Source: Octopus vulgaris (lineage: Eukaryota). Taken from it: a stretch of DNA of 64,000 nt. The notes below the pieces were generated by a model, which ran no database searches, was not told the origin of the DNA, and worked only from the letters and a program-made list of their open reading frames with translations. Made by a program: the position numbers and the translations under genes. Positions 12,931 through 26,116 of the stretch are shown here, piece after piece; the stretch's first letter is position 1; each line of letters begins with the position of its first letter. The stretch spans positions 20,894,001 to 20,958,000 of the forward strand of contig OX597823.1 of NCBI GenBank assembly GCA_951406725.2. The letters run 5' to 3'.

Positions 12931-13517
12931 AAGAATACTTAAAAGAAAAACATTACGGCAGACATCATGCAGAAGAGGACCTTGATTCAGGCAGAATCAC
13001 AACAGAAGGAAGAAGAATGACAGAGAAGTGCGACAGAAGGACGAGGAAGGACGAAGAACAAGAACTGTAGAACTAGTATCAGAGAATCTAGATCACTTAG
13101 GAACCCCAGTTGGAGGCGCTAAAGCTTCTTCGTTTTCTGTGCGATGTATTACACACTCCTGTCATCCAGAAATCTGTTTAACTGGAGCAGTAAGAACGAC
13201 CGGTTGAGCCGGTTCAGTTGGAAAAGACACACCTTGATGTGCATTTTATCAAGGTGTACAAAAAAAACATTCACCCTAGAGATATAAGAATGTCCTGATG
13301 TAAATATGTGTATGGCAAGTGCCTCCAATCAACCCAAACCTTCTGATAAATTTGGGAACACGGAAATTGAGTAAAAGCTTGCTGAGAGTGTAATGGTAAA
13401 ATAGTTTCGTTTTTGACAGTTAAAGCCCCAACCTGGTCTCACAATGTTTAAGAGTGTGTGGTGTGTGTAAGTATATATGTACGTATGTATGTACTTACGT
13501 ACGCACGTACGAACGCA

Positions 13518-13732
13518 TGTATGTATGTATGTATGTATGTATGTATGTATGTATGTATGTATGTATGTATGTATGTATGTATGTATGTATGTTATGTATG
13601 TATGTATGTATGTATGTATGTATGTATGTATGTATGGTATGTATGTATGTATGTGTGTATGTATGTATGTATGTATGTATGTATGTATGTATGTATGTAT
13701 GTATGTATGTATGTATGTATGTATGTATGTAT
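13518..13732 (+). repeat. (TATG)n microsatellite
   Basis: Read directly. Confidence 0.97.
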
Positions 13733-15508
13733 GTGCGGGCCTCATCTGCGTACCTAAAAATAAATTGAAAATCTCAGTATGTGAAATGAAAAAGGATATG
13801 ATAAGAAAAAGCTGAAAGCAGATTCAGAACAAACATAAAAAGTACTTATAAAAGTGCGTTTGCGATTTGTGGTGAGAACAAAAATGTTCAGTTTTGACCT
13901 CTGTCCATAATAGGATACCTATAGTTATTTCTTTTCTTCAAATTTGCAAAAGGTTGGTTTCTTCTGTTTTTCTTGGTGTGAGAATAAAATAACAGTAATT
14001 AGATATCATGTCGTTTGTGAATACGTATTAAAATAGAACAGAATTCAGATAGCATACAAGAGATCTTAATTTACATGCATTACGGTACGGTTTCATAAAT
14101 ATGTTCGATCATACACGTAGGTGATTTCGTATTTGCAAAGTCAGTTGGATGATGTGAATAGAAAGCGCTTGCAAGTTACTTGTAGAAAAGAGGGAACATG
14201 TGTGTTTTTAAAGTTGTAGATATTACTCTGTCAAGACAATTGTATATTAGGCTCAACAGCTAGCAAAAGTAAATAAAATTAGAGAGCATAGCCACATATC
14301 CGTACAGTTGTTGGTTGCAACTACAGTAAGAAAATCGGTTTATCTTCTCTTAAATAACCAAATCATGACTCAACGATGGCTAACATAACAAATTGGTGAA
14401 ATTTCATGATTTCTTCAAATAGCACGTATTTCAGTTTAACACTATTTCATGGCCTTTTTTTTTATCGAACTTTACTCTGTTGCGAACATTCAGATTGTAG
14501 TTTTGCTCTGATGATAACTTTCTCTGTTTTTCCCAGTCTCGAAAATCTGAATTAAAAAAATTGGATCATATGCTTTGAGCGTTATTTTCTGACTAAGCTG
14601 CAAAAAAGCAATCTGGTTATCAATTAAATTCACTGCAACCTTCGTCCTTAGGCCTTGTTAGATATCACAGCCTACAGCCTTTAATACAACTTAGATACCA
14701 CAACACCATCAAATAACCAACAGTTATACACTTGAAATCGATTTAATTTATTGGAAACTGCTCCCTTTTCATATACACAGCCTTGTAATTATACTAGTAA
14801 ACGCATTCTTCGTCTCAAAATATTCAGCGTTCCACCCATACTAAGAATCGCTATGTTTGCTTAATATTCTCTTAGCAGAAGATTTACAACAAAGTCAGTT
14901 TCAGATTTATTTTCAACACTTCAATCTTTCATGATGTGTTAAGTGTGAAATAGAAACGCTATCTTTATGAATGTTTGTCATGCAACTGAATCAACGATGT
15001 TATTCAAACCTCAGCACGGATATACTCGGATCACTGAAGTTGACCGGTGTACAGTATCATATAACGAATGATAAATCTATTGACAACGTAATAAATGAAC
15101 TAACTGAAAGACCATCATCTCACAAATGTCAATAACTAAATTTGACTTTGCCTCATAAAAACAGACAACAACGAGAAAATTATTCTTAAAATGTAACTTC
15201 AACAAACTCAACTACATTTTTCTCCATCAGTCTGTCAGTCGCTCTCTCTCTCTCTCTCCCTGTATATGTGTATGAGACGAACCTGGAAATTTTGCTGTTT
15301 CAAACGAACCAAAATATTTCTTGTCAAAATATGAAAAATTTACTTAATAATATAAAGAAAAATGAGAAAGATAGTCGTATTTACAACGCAACGTATTTTT
15401 AAAACATGACCAATCTCTCTGTCTCTTTTTCTCTCCCTCCTTGTCTATCTTTATCTATTTATCTATCAATATGACCGTGTGCCCTTTTACTCAAATATTC
15501 AGAAAATA

Positions 15509-15763
15509 TTGCTGCAGAAAGTGGTCTACGTTTCTGGTGCTGAGTTGGATGAGAGGCGCTAGGAAGAAGACAAGAGCATCTAGGGGGCGGCAGCCCGGAA
15601 AATTTTGGGAACCAATGCTCTACAAGGTGTAGTAGCTAAATGTCTCTGGACATACGCTATTGTTAAGTGAAATAAGGATACACTGGGCAATGTAATGTAT
15701 TCCTGATAAACAAAAGTACGAGACTGTCACGGCTGGAAACCCGCTTGAATAGTAGGCCTGCGC
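15509..15763 (+). repeat. Inverted duplicate of 18690-18920
   Basis: About 230-250 bp near-identical reverse complement, including the hAT MITE left end, its TSD and flank. Confidence 0.9.
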
Positions 15764-16215
15764 CTACTGTAAATCGAAAATATGAACTAGATCGATCCCA
15801 TTCCACCAGACGAAACTCACTCTTTCAGTCAGAATATTTATGTATCACTCAATCACCAGGTGAAATCATCTTGTAGTGAAGCTCTGACAATATATGTAGC
15901 AGAAGAATAATATAACAAACGACACATCGGATTAATTAATTAATTAGTTCCGCACAAAAATTTACATATCTGATCTTACTTTAAAACAATTAAAGGACTG
16001 TAACTTTTGTTGTCTTCTGTTTTTGACGAAATAATTTGATTAATATTACTCGTAGATTCAGATTTCTTAAAAACTTACTGCAAAAATAGATATTTTAAAT
16101 TAACTTTATATATTCCTTGACTTAATTATATTGACATTAACTTAACCATTGCTTTTGTCTCAGACGAATGAACCCCTAGTGTTATAGAATATTTTAGTAA
16201 ATTATATTGATTTAA

Positions 16216-16515
16216 GTGGGGCGCAATGGCCCAGTGGTTAGGGCAGCGGACTCGCGGTCGTAGGATCGCGGTTTCGATTCCCAGACCGGGCGTTGTGTGT
16301 GTTTATTGAGCGAAAAACATCTAAAAGCTCCACGAGGCTCCGGCAGGGGGGGGGGTGATCCCTGCTGTACTCTTTCACTACTCTTTCTCTCACTCTTCTG
16401 TTGGCCTACTCGCGTAGCCAGCAGGGTGGCGTCATTCGAAGGCTAAAAAAATGCGAACGCATTGTGACCAGCGATGTTTAGCAACATCTGATGGTCTGGT
16501 TGGTCACGTGACGTG
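16216..16515 (+). mobile_element. tRNA-derived SINE family C, tail type 1
   Basis: A box tggcccagtgg, B box ggtttcgattcc, 12-bp TSD atattgatttaa. Confidence 0.9.
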
Positions 16516-16862
16516 ATATTGATTTAATCTCCCTGTGTGAGATGTTGTTCATTTACGTCGTGATTCATTTATTCATTTGGTAAGAGTAACTTAAATGAAG
16601 GTGCCTGGTTTAACTTTATGTGTCGTTTAAATCAGTCAGACATCCTCACTCACATTCTGCTTGTACCAATCAATAAATTATCGAGTGGTGCATCTATTGT
16701 AATTAGTGTGCGATGGTAAATGAGTAATACACGATACGACATATATATCAATCTCTTCTGCGTACTAGCCAACAGCGGAAGTTTGTTATGCAGTGACACC
16801 ACCTACCAGAGAAAGAGAGAAAGAGAGAGAGAGAGAGCACCAAACCTTTCTTACTCTCACTA

Positions 16863-17316
16863 TCTCTCTATATATAAACGGCAGTTTGTCTGTCTGTGTG
16901 TCTGTGTGTCACCACGGCTTTCAACCGATTCTGATGAAACTTGACACCCACATAGCCCAATGTCATAATTCAAAACTAACGCTGCGAAAACTTTGAAAAG
17001 TTCCCCCAGTTCTGAAAAACAATGATAAATTCGACATGGGGTCGAGAATCTAAGCTTTTTATTTGCAACACATTTTCTGTTGTAGTTTTCGCAACTTGCA
17101 ATCGAGTTTCACCAAACTCATGGTGAAGCTTAATGTTACCCTAAGAAACTTAATTCTGACGTTAGTTTTCCATGCAATACGTTACCATCAGAAAAAATCG
17201 ATAAAATCATGCCATTTTGGGAAATCGCGTTCAAATTCAAGATGACATATTTTCGACAATATCTTTCTCAAACTGGCAGGAATTTTTTTTAAATTCACAG
17301 CGAGCTATGCTGCTAG
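16863..17316 (+). mobile_element. Non-autonomous Helitron family 2
   Basis: a^TCtctctatatataaa start, gtct repeats, caaccgatt..tgaaactt motif, ends gctgCTAG^t. Confidence 0.7.
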
Positions 17317-17363
17317 TACAGTATAAAAAGGGAGGTTGTTACATATATCACATAATGCAGTAT

Positions 17364-17677
17364 TGTTGTTTGTTCCTTCTCGAGCCATGCCTGTCTCATA
17401 AGGGCCGATTTCCCGGTTTCCTTGGCTTATAGGTTCCCCACCTGGACGGGACGCCGGTCCGTCGCAGGTGAGCTGCAAGATGCAGGAGGGAAGATTGAGG
17501 GAAAGTTGTGGCGCAAGAGTCAGCAGAAGTTCGCCATTAATCTTCTGCCGGAGCCGCGTTGAGCTTCGGTCTTTTCATTCATAAAGAAACACACACACAT
17601 CGCTCGGTCTGAGATTCGAACCCGCGATCCCTCGACCGCAAGTCCGCTGCTCTAACCACTAGGCCATGTGCCTCCAC
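17364..17677 (-). mobile_element. tRNA-derived SINE with family C-like head and V-domain-like 3' part
   Basis: Minus-strand head gtggaggcacatggcctagtgg..gggttcgaatc; cctgcgacggaccggcgtcccgtccagg resembles V-SINE sequence. Confidence 0.75.
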
Positions 17678-18073
17678 ATACTGAGAATGTTCGTGGCTCT
17701 CGGGAATTTGATATTGAATCAGAGGATAAACAGTACCAGCAACATCAACAAAGGAAATACAAAATCACCAATAACAACACTCCTTCTTTAAGTATAATTC
17801 GGATCCTATTTATTTCTGATTATTAATTAACGTTATAAAGCATATTAATTAATTAATAGCTATTAATTATAAGAATAGTTTTGTTTTTCAGACTTTTCAA
17901 ATGCATAAACAAGTTTTGAAAATAATACTGAAATTGAATAATTTTTTATATATTTATGTTATTTATATTATATTACTTAGAAATATTTCTGTGTGTATGT
18001 ATGTCTCCTCTCTTCATTAGACCTCTTCGACATAGGAAATAAATTCTTCCAGCATTTCCTTGTTTATTAAATA

Positions 18074-18468
18074 CTAGCAGTATCGCCCGGCGTTGCTCGG
18101 GTTTGTAAGGGAAATAACTATATAAGCATTTTTAGAGATGTAAAGTATAATAGCCATCTCAATATGGCTAACCACAAAGGGGGGTGTTACTGTAGCTTTT
18201 TACGTTCTGAGATTTAATAATACATTTTTAGAGAGTTACTTCCCTTATATAATAGCAAAGAAATGCATTAAAAATGGGAAAAAAATGATGGCATTTTCTT
18301 TTTAAATCGTAGACTCATCGTAGACGCGCGCTAATACCCAGAAGAGCTCGATATGAATCACGACTATAAGATACCCGGTTTTTGTTACACTGCACCGCAA
18401 AATGTGGGAGTAGTTAGGAATCTAAATCGCAGGAGACAGACACACAACTTCACTTTTATATATAAAGA
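18074..18468 (-). mobile_element. Non-autonomous Helitron family 1
   Basis: TC...CTAG termini in A^T context; homologous to 9885-10231. Confidence 0.85.
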
Positions 18469-18835
18469 TATGCCTATTTTCACTAACCCTACACATCCTC
18501 AGTTTACTTTAAATGTAACATTCTAAATAGCTCTATTGTAACGCACATATACTTTTTCTCTCTTGCTAATAGGTGTACGAAGGTAAATCAGTAATACATG
18601 ATACTGTCCCTATATCCAGTATCTTGACCATAGTCATGGCCGCCACCATGTCATTCTAGTTGTTGTTTAACAACAGATGAGCCGTGATCGCGCAGGCCTA
18701 CTATTTAAGCGAGTTTCCAGCCGTGACAGTCTCGTACTGTTGTTTATCAGGAATACATTACATTGCCCAGTGTATCCTTATTTCACTTAACAATAGCGTA
18801 TGTCCAGAGACATTTAGCTACTACACCTTGTAGAG

Positions 18836-19112
18836 CATTGGTTCCCAAACTTTTCTTGCCACCTTCCTGGCGCCTCTCATCCAACTCAGCACCAGAAACG
18901 TAGACCACTTTCTGCAGCAAATTTTAAACAAGTATTTCACAAATATAACTTAACCTAATTAGCGCAATATTTTTCTTTGTGTGTGTATGTGTGTGGGGGT
19001 TACATTCATCGCCTCTTTTGGCTACCATTTCATTACCCAATTTGCTTCAACGCCTCTCTTGATCTTTCCGTCGTCAACAGCGGGGCAGTGCTGCCCACTT
19101 TAGGAACCGCTG
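18836..19112. mobile_element. hAT (Charlie-like) MITE
   Basis: Imperfect TIRs cattggttcccaaa / tttaggaaccgctg; 8-bp TSD ttgtagag (18828-18835, 19113-19120). Confidence 0.8.
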
Positions 19113-19437
19113 TTGTAGAGCGACCGCACTCGCTGGCGATGCATCTTCGACTCAGAAAAGAATTTGAGATGCTATCTTATTCGCCTAACACTGAAATACC
19201 AATAAGTGGTGGTAAATAACATAACAGCGAAATTTTATGTCTCTCTCTATATGCAGATCTAAGCTCAGCATAATTGATACTCTGATATTTCAAATAGTAA
19301 TCGAAGTGTGGTATTAAAGCATTATATTTTTCTTGGCTAAATTTTTAGATTAGTTACAGTATTCAGAATCACCAACGAGCAATGATTACCCGCTCACTAT
19401 TCAATAATTCTTATGCTACATATTGGCAAAGAATATT

Positions 19438-20288
19438 CATTTCTACTCAAGGAACAAGTTCCGAAATGTTTGGTGAGGGGGCCAGGCGATTAAATCGACC
19501 CCAGTATACAACTGGTACTTAATTTATCGACCCCGAAGGGATGAAGGCAAAGTCGACCTCGGTGGATTGAACTCAGACGTAAAGACGTAAAGACAGACGA
19601 AATACCGCAAAACATTTTGCCCGGCGTGCTAAGGTTTCTGCCAGTTCGCCACCTTTGGCTAATAATATTTGTTTATTTATTGCCCACAGGAGGCTAAACA
19701 TAGCGGGGACAAACATGGACCCTAGTGCGTAACTCGTACTTATTTAATCGACCCCGAAATGATGAAAGGCAAAGTCGACCTCGGCGGAATTTGAACTCAG
19801 AACGTAACAGGACACGAAATACCTATTTCTTTACTACCCACAAGGGGCTAAACACAGAGAGGACAAACAAGGACAGACGAACGGATTGAGTCGATCATAT
19901 CGACCCCAGTGCGTAATTGGTACTTATTTAATCGACCTCGAAAGGATGAAAGGCAAAGTCGACCTTGGCGGAATTTGAACTCAGAACGTAGCGTAGAAGA
20001 AATACCGCTAAGCATTTCGTCCGGCGTGCTAACGTTTCTGCCACCTCGCCGCCTTCTTTGGCTAATAATATTCTCTTCTACCATAGGCACAAGGCTCGAA
20101 ATTTTAGGGTACGATGCTAGTCGATTAGATCGACTCCAGTACGCAAATGGTACTTAATTTATCGACCCCAGAAGGATGAAAGGCAAAGTCGACCTCGGCG
20201 GAATTTGAACTCAGAACGTAAAGGCAAACAAATTATTGCTAAGCATTTCGCCCGCCGTGCTAACATTTCTGCCAGCTCGCCGCCTTCT
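19438..20288 (-). mobile_element. Cluster of four SINE family A units
   Basis: Four cores (aaaggcaaagtcgacctcgg), with a ttggctaataatatt-like 15-mer at both ends and at two internal junctions. Confidence 0.88.
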
Positions 20289-20825
20289 TTGGATAATGGT
20301 ATTAAGAAAAGAATGGACGCCTTACGGTCTTATTATTCAACCCTACAAATTTAAAGAATTGAGTCAAATTTGTAGATTGTATGGTTAGCACCACAAAGCA
20401 CATAGCAAACTAATCTGTGACTCTCTTTCAATTCTCAGCTGACACACTCAGCTGACTTGGGAACATTCTGTTTCCTAGTGCTGATAATACCTTCTGCAAA
20501 GCTACTATGTCTCCCAATATGTATTTACATTTATCATCTTCCTTACAACGCAAGTTCTTTGTAACGAGTCAAAGCAAAACCATTGTTTTTTTATTAATTC
20601 ATTGCTGGGTATTAAATGACAAAAAGCAATCAAAACAGAAACCGAGATTTTTGTTCTCATCAGAAGTAAATTCGTTTCACCCTCACTACTAACGAGCTTG
20701 TGAAAAGCACGAGCTGGCAGGAATTCTATACGTACTGACTCGAAATGCGAGAAATAGCAAAATATTTCCGCGAAATTAGACGGCCAGTTTAATCGAATTA
20801 AGTCACACTTTGCCTCCCCAAAGTC

Positions 20826-21195
20826 CATCCCCTCCTCACCGTGGTGGGGACGCTAGCAAGGGGTAGTGTTAGAGCTATGCTGTCGGGAACTTCGGTTCCT
20901 GGTAGGGCCACCCAAGGCGGATTGGTCTGACACCGAGTGGTATTAGGGCCACAACCCGGCAGACGGGGCTCTGATGAAAATCCTCGGAGTGTCAGTTTTG
21001 GTAACCGGCGGCTCCTCGGTTGTTCTGTCCCTGCATCTGCGGATAATCTGCGGCAAACAGGATGTCTCTACATGCGGGATTGTTGGGAATCGCTTGAGAA
21101 ATCCACGTATTCCCACGAAACTTCTTCCAATAGAAGAAGCCAACTCAACCCGCCCAGGGTGTAAGTCGCCACAAGTACAAGTACAAGTAAGTACA
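20826..21195 (+). mobile_element. Short non-autonomous RTE-derived element (5' UTR-like part plus tandem-repeat tail)
   Basis: ccgtggtgggg..agagctatgctgtcggg..cctggtagggccacccaaggcgg..ggtc resembles RTE (BovB/Expander) 5' UTRs; ends in (acaagt)n. Confidence 0.55.
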
Positions 21196-22262
21196 CTGGG
21201 TGATGAGGTGATTTGTATCAGTAAAGATATGATCTTATTAGTTAAGATATTTCGTTCACAGGATTGTTATATTAAGTTTGATCCGAGACTAAACGACACC
21301 ATAAACAGTATGAACGCCACAATCGTTGAAACTATCAAATATATTTCTGCTCCCTACCGTGTTTGGGTGTATTATTTTCACTTAGCGAATTAGGGTTCCA
21401 AATACAATCGCGTAAATAAATTCATATTAATTTCCTTTAGTGGTCCAACAAGAGTCTACAGTGATTTTTTTTCTGATAGTTCACAATTTTTTGACCTTCT
21501 ATGATTATAGATGATGATGTCTTTGGAAAATATTTCCATGAAGCAACATTCTCTGTTAACATGTAAAACACATTGGAGAGCATTTTGTCGGATATGTCGT
21601 GTCTTAAATATATGACAAGACAGTCTTAATTGGAATGTCTATGAACACGGGGTTAATAAGTATTGACAGACTAATGGTTAAAGAACAGTAACATGACCGC
21701 AGAAAGACGTACAGGTTAATAGAGTCTTAGATACACTCTGTGAGAAAACTAAGTGCCGAATGGAAGACCATTAACCGTAGCCTAGTTTAATGGCAACAAA
21801 AACAACAAAAACAAAAACAACAACAACAGCTAAAAGTGGGTATCAGCTCATATTAAAGAATTAAGACATAAACAATTTTATCTAATTAAAAAATAACCAT
21901 TTCTTTTTTTTTACTCCAAATTCCTCAAATCTTGTGTTTGAATAACTTGTATAAGATATCGTCATTGATCTAAGAATTTGCTTTATTACTTCTGCATTAA
22001 TTCTGCGAATATTGTTGATGATAGCTTTAGTAGAACCGGTTTGATTATTTATAGGTAAAATGTTCTTGTTAATTGCTTCCAATATATATATATATAATCG
22101 CTTACGATTTTATGTATTGTGCCAGCAATATAAACTTGTCAGGTCATGTTGACGCATGAACTGTTTTGCTGTTTTATAATACGTTGACAATGTCGACACG
22201 AATTGAAAGGTTGAATTTAATATTTATAGTACGCAATCAAATTTAATTAAAAGTAAAACTGA

Positions 22263-22335
<73 letters not shown>

Positions 22336-22342
22336 TGTAGTA
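22263..22342 (+). repeat. (TAG)n microsatellite
   Basis: Read directly. Confidence 0.97.
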
Positions 22343-23373
22343 GTGGTCTTGTTTATTAGCCACAAAAACTGGAAGATATTTAAAGAAATGCAAAGAAACT
22401 CTAAACAGAAGACTTACAAAGAGGTGTGGAAAGAGAGAGGAGAAGATATACAAAGAGACAGACAGACAGAAAGAGAGAGAGAGATTGAGGGAGAGCGAGA
22501 GGGGATAACTTATAGAAAGTCAAGGAGAGGGTTTAAGGGTTTTTATATCTTATATAAATGGAACATTTTAAACATATAGAGTACACGTTTACAGATAATA
22601 TATGAAAAGTACGAAAAAGCACTGTTATTAAAATAAGGTATAGTCGGAAGGAAACAAAATGTAATAAAATACAATAAAACCAGAAACAGTGGAGAAAATA
22701 ACAACAAACTCGTCCCCTAGTCCCTAGTCATTTCTCGTCTCTCGTCTCCTGTCATTGTTTGTATTACTGTTATCGTTGATAATAGTGATCATGTCAATGA
22801 TGATGATAATGATAATGATGATATAGTTACTTTTGTTACGGATCGAGTTCTCAGAATCTCAGACTAGGCAGCTTGCGTTTCATGAAAATACAAAATTTTC
22901 CCTTTCCAATTCAAGCATGCATGCAAAGCAGCCATATTGGTAATTTCTGCTTCATGTTCGTAGCATTTTTCTGTTCATACCATTATATTAAATCAGATCA
23001 AAACAATTTTCAAAATATTCGATAAAATGATTTGCTGCAAAATTTAATTAAACTAGCTTTACGTGACACAATCTTGTAGCCAAAGAAAGCAAAACTAAAA
23101 CACTTCCGTTCAAACCGTTTCTAACAACAATAATAATCTGCCATTGTTGCCACTAGAATCTTTTGTTTCATGAAAAACATAGGGCTTACAAAAATTGTGT
23201 GGATGAACAAGTAGTTATGACAAAATGGGGTCGGGTGCTAAAGACATTATAGAGTGTATAAAATATTAGTAGATAATTAAATACATTGATAATTATATAA
23301 AACTGGATATAAAATAAAAACATAAACAATTATATCTAATACAATAATTAAAATTAAGATGCAGCACGAAGCG

Positions 23374-23422
23374 TTGTCAGTGAACAGGTCGCGGTCTCAA
23401 AGCGACGAAAATATTTTGACAA
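23374..23422 (+). ncRNA. Minimal type I hammerhead ribozyme motif, G3-C8 variant
   Basis: Stem I ttgtca/tgacaa; core GTGAACA; stem II gtcgc/gcgac; GAAA; palindromic AATATT helix III; cleavage triplet UUU. Confidence 0.65.
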
Positions 23423-24267
23423 ATTAAATTTAAATGTTGAAGTGAATCTAACGGTTTTGTGTGTTTCTTAAATGGCTTATAAACACCTTCCACGCTGCAA
23501 TAATTAAAAACATATACTATTAATAAAAACAGAAATATCTTTTAGGGTAATCCACCAGGGACCAAGCCCGCTGGTTAGATCGGGCCAGAGTACTTTATGA
23601 TTTTCCCCGCCAGCCACTTGGACTTGTATTGCCCAAACAAGTTGTCGGCATTTCAGGTACATATATTTTGATGTTCTTTATCAGAAATCTATCCTTTCAG
23701 TTTTCTGTACTTTACCATAAATCTATTCAAAACCAACCCTACTCTCATTTCATGTCCCTTTTATATTTTGATTTGGATATTTGTGAAGCCCGTGATTGTG
23801 TTCTTAATAGTGTGAACTCCATGGCATCTGAGCAAGATGGCCTCTGAATAATGGTTTGTTCGGGAGAGACGTGATTATCGCCTGTTCAAATTTCCTTTGG
23901 TTGTTGTTGGTATTTCGTCATTGGATACAACTTTCATCTACTCATCGAATATTTCCGGCTGTTCTCCACTCATGTTTGTTCTCCATATCTTATTCGTTGT
24001 CCAAAGGTGATGAAATGCCACTTCTGGATTTCAACAAAAGAGATAAACCTGGTCTTTGACGTTTGACCCCGGGGAACATGCTAAATTTTCGAAGTCCATA
24101 AAAATATTGCATTCGGCTCTGACGCCCGGTACTGCCAGAAATTCTTCCCTTCCAGGACTTGATCTTGTTGTAACGGCGAGCTTCCATCTCTCTTTCTCTC
24201 TGCATTTATAATCCTTCAGGAGAAAAAGCATTATAACGATTGTACCATAAATGTAGCATCATGTCTT

Positions 24268-24281
24268 TTCTTCTTCTTCTT

Positions 24282-24353
<72 letters not shown>

Positions 24354-24418
24354 TTCTTTGTTCTTCTTCTTCTTCTTCTTCTTCTTCTTCTTCTTCTTCT
24401 TCTTCTATATTATTATTA

Positions 24419-24459
<41 letters not shown>

Positions 24460-24525
24460 GTTATTGTTATATTTTTAAAAGAATTGACGTAACCTTTCAC
24501 AAAGGTACATAGTCTTGACAATAAC

Positions 24526-24580
<55 letters not shown>

Positions 24581-24660
24581 GTTATTATTATTATCATTAT
24601 TATTGTTGTTCTTGTTGTTCTTGTTGTTATCATCGTCATCATCAACATCATTATCTTCTT
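24268..24660 (+). repeat. Compound (CTT)n/(ATT)n microsatellites
   Basis: Read directly. Confidence 0.95.
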
Positions 24661-24670
24661 ACAGTTCTAT

Positions 24671-25620
24671 TTACCTTTCTTGCTGTGGCTTACTGACACC
24701 TAGGGTAGAGAGACTCGCTGTATACGTTGGTAGGACATTAAAATAAAGACACCAGACGGTCCATTTACAAAAACATGTAATAGCTTGTTTCATTGCATTT
24801 GTTTTTGTGCCCATGATGAAGCATAGCTCTGGAATGTACCTCTCGTTTTCGTAAGACATTAGGATTTGAAATTTCACACAGCCCCTTCTAGAACCCAAGT
24901 CACTTATGTCCTCTCGTAGCCTGCATGTTTGCGCTGCATATCTGACGAGCCAGATGCCAACCTCACTAACAGTACCACTGGAAATCACACTGTCATTGTA
25001 CAGGTGCATGTATTGTGGTATGATTTCATGTGAAGATGTGCTGGTCGCCACCCTTGCCTTTGGTCTTAAATACTAGGAAAATATTTCCTTACAGTTGTAT
25101 CGGTCGGTAGATATGACACTGCTCATCCCACCAGTCAAGGCTCCTTTCAGTTGCCTTTTAGCGTATACTATTAAAGAAGCAGCTGGTCTTTGAGGCCATG
25201 ATATGCTAATTTTCATTGCTCGTTAACGAAAAATTTCTTTAGACAAAGAGATACACGCTTTTACGACACCTCATTCCAGATTCCTTTTTCGACTGAGATC
25301 CATATTTAGAAATTTTGTTTGTCTAGCAACGGGTGCAAAACAGTTTCTATAGTTACTAATATTTTCCCCAATATTTATTCGTGTCTCTATGACAATGAAA
25401 AGGTTATTTTTGTAGCTTGGATTTTAACTGCGATTTCTTAAATCAGCGTCGGTGCAGTTTTCTATCGCAAAACTATTATTATTTTTGGCATGTTTTCGGT
25501 GTTATTAACCTTTATCTTTTTCCAATCACGAGTATTTTCACTAGCTAAGGTTTGATAGTTTACGTTTGCGGTACCACACAACCTAGGGAGACATCTTCCT
25601 GATACTCCAAGAAGCTATTA
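24671..25620 (-). pseudogene. Unclassified degenerate retroelement-like coding remnant
   Basis: Non-repetitive, coding-like stretch (ORF 24671-25051) ending at microsatellites; only faint RT-like C-terminal motifs. Confidence 0.25.
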
Positions 25621-25885
25621 TGAATTTTGAGCAAGCGAAACAAGTTGAAGTAAAGTGTTGAAAAGATGGTGCTTTGCTTTTCAGAGAAGCATTGTGAGAA
25701 CTTAAAAAAGGAAAACAGATTTATCACAAGCGAGAAAGAAAAAGGCAGATTATCGAATTTATGAAGTGAAGCAATGTATTTTTATTAAGCACACGAAACC
25801 CGCTCAAGAAAGCACGTTTTGTCAACACTCAAAAAAGGAACAAAACTGCAGCAATGTGGATGATGATGATAATGATGATGCAAGG

Positions 25886-25886
<1 letters not shown>

Positions 25887-25969
<83 letters not shown>

Positions 25970-26017
25970 TATAATAATAATAATAATAATTATAATAATA
26001 ATGATAATAATAATAAT

Positions 26018-26061
<44 letters not shown>

Positions 26062-26113
26062 TAATAATAATAATAATAATAACAACAACAACAACATTAA
26101 TCATAATAATAAT
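25887..26113 (+). repeat. (AAT)n microsatellite
   Basis: Read directly. Confidence 0.97.
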
Positions 26114-26116
26114 AAC

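Noticed and set aside
12960-13260. Possible host exon or gag fragment
   Set aside because: Stops in the plausible frame, no recognisable motif or splice pair.
19423-20303. CRISPR-like repeat-spacer array
   Set aside because: The spacers are homologous SINE copies and the repeats are TSD-like; no cas genes.
20971-20990. ctgatgaaaatcc as a hammerhead core
   Set aside because: No convincing helix II closed by GAAA nearby.
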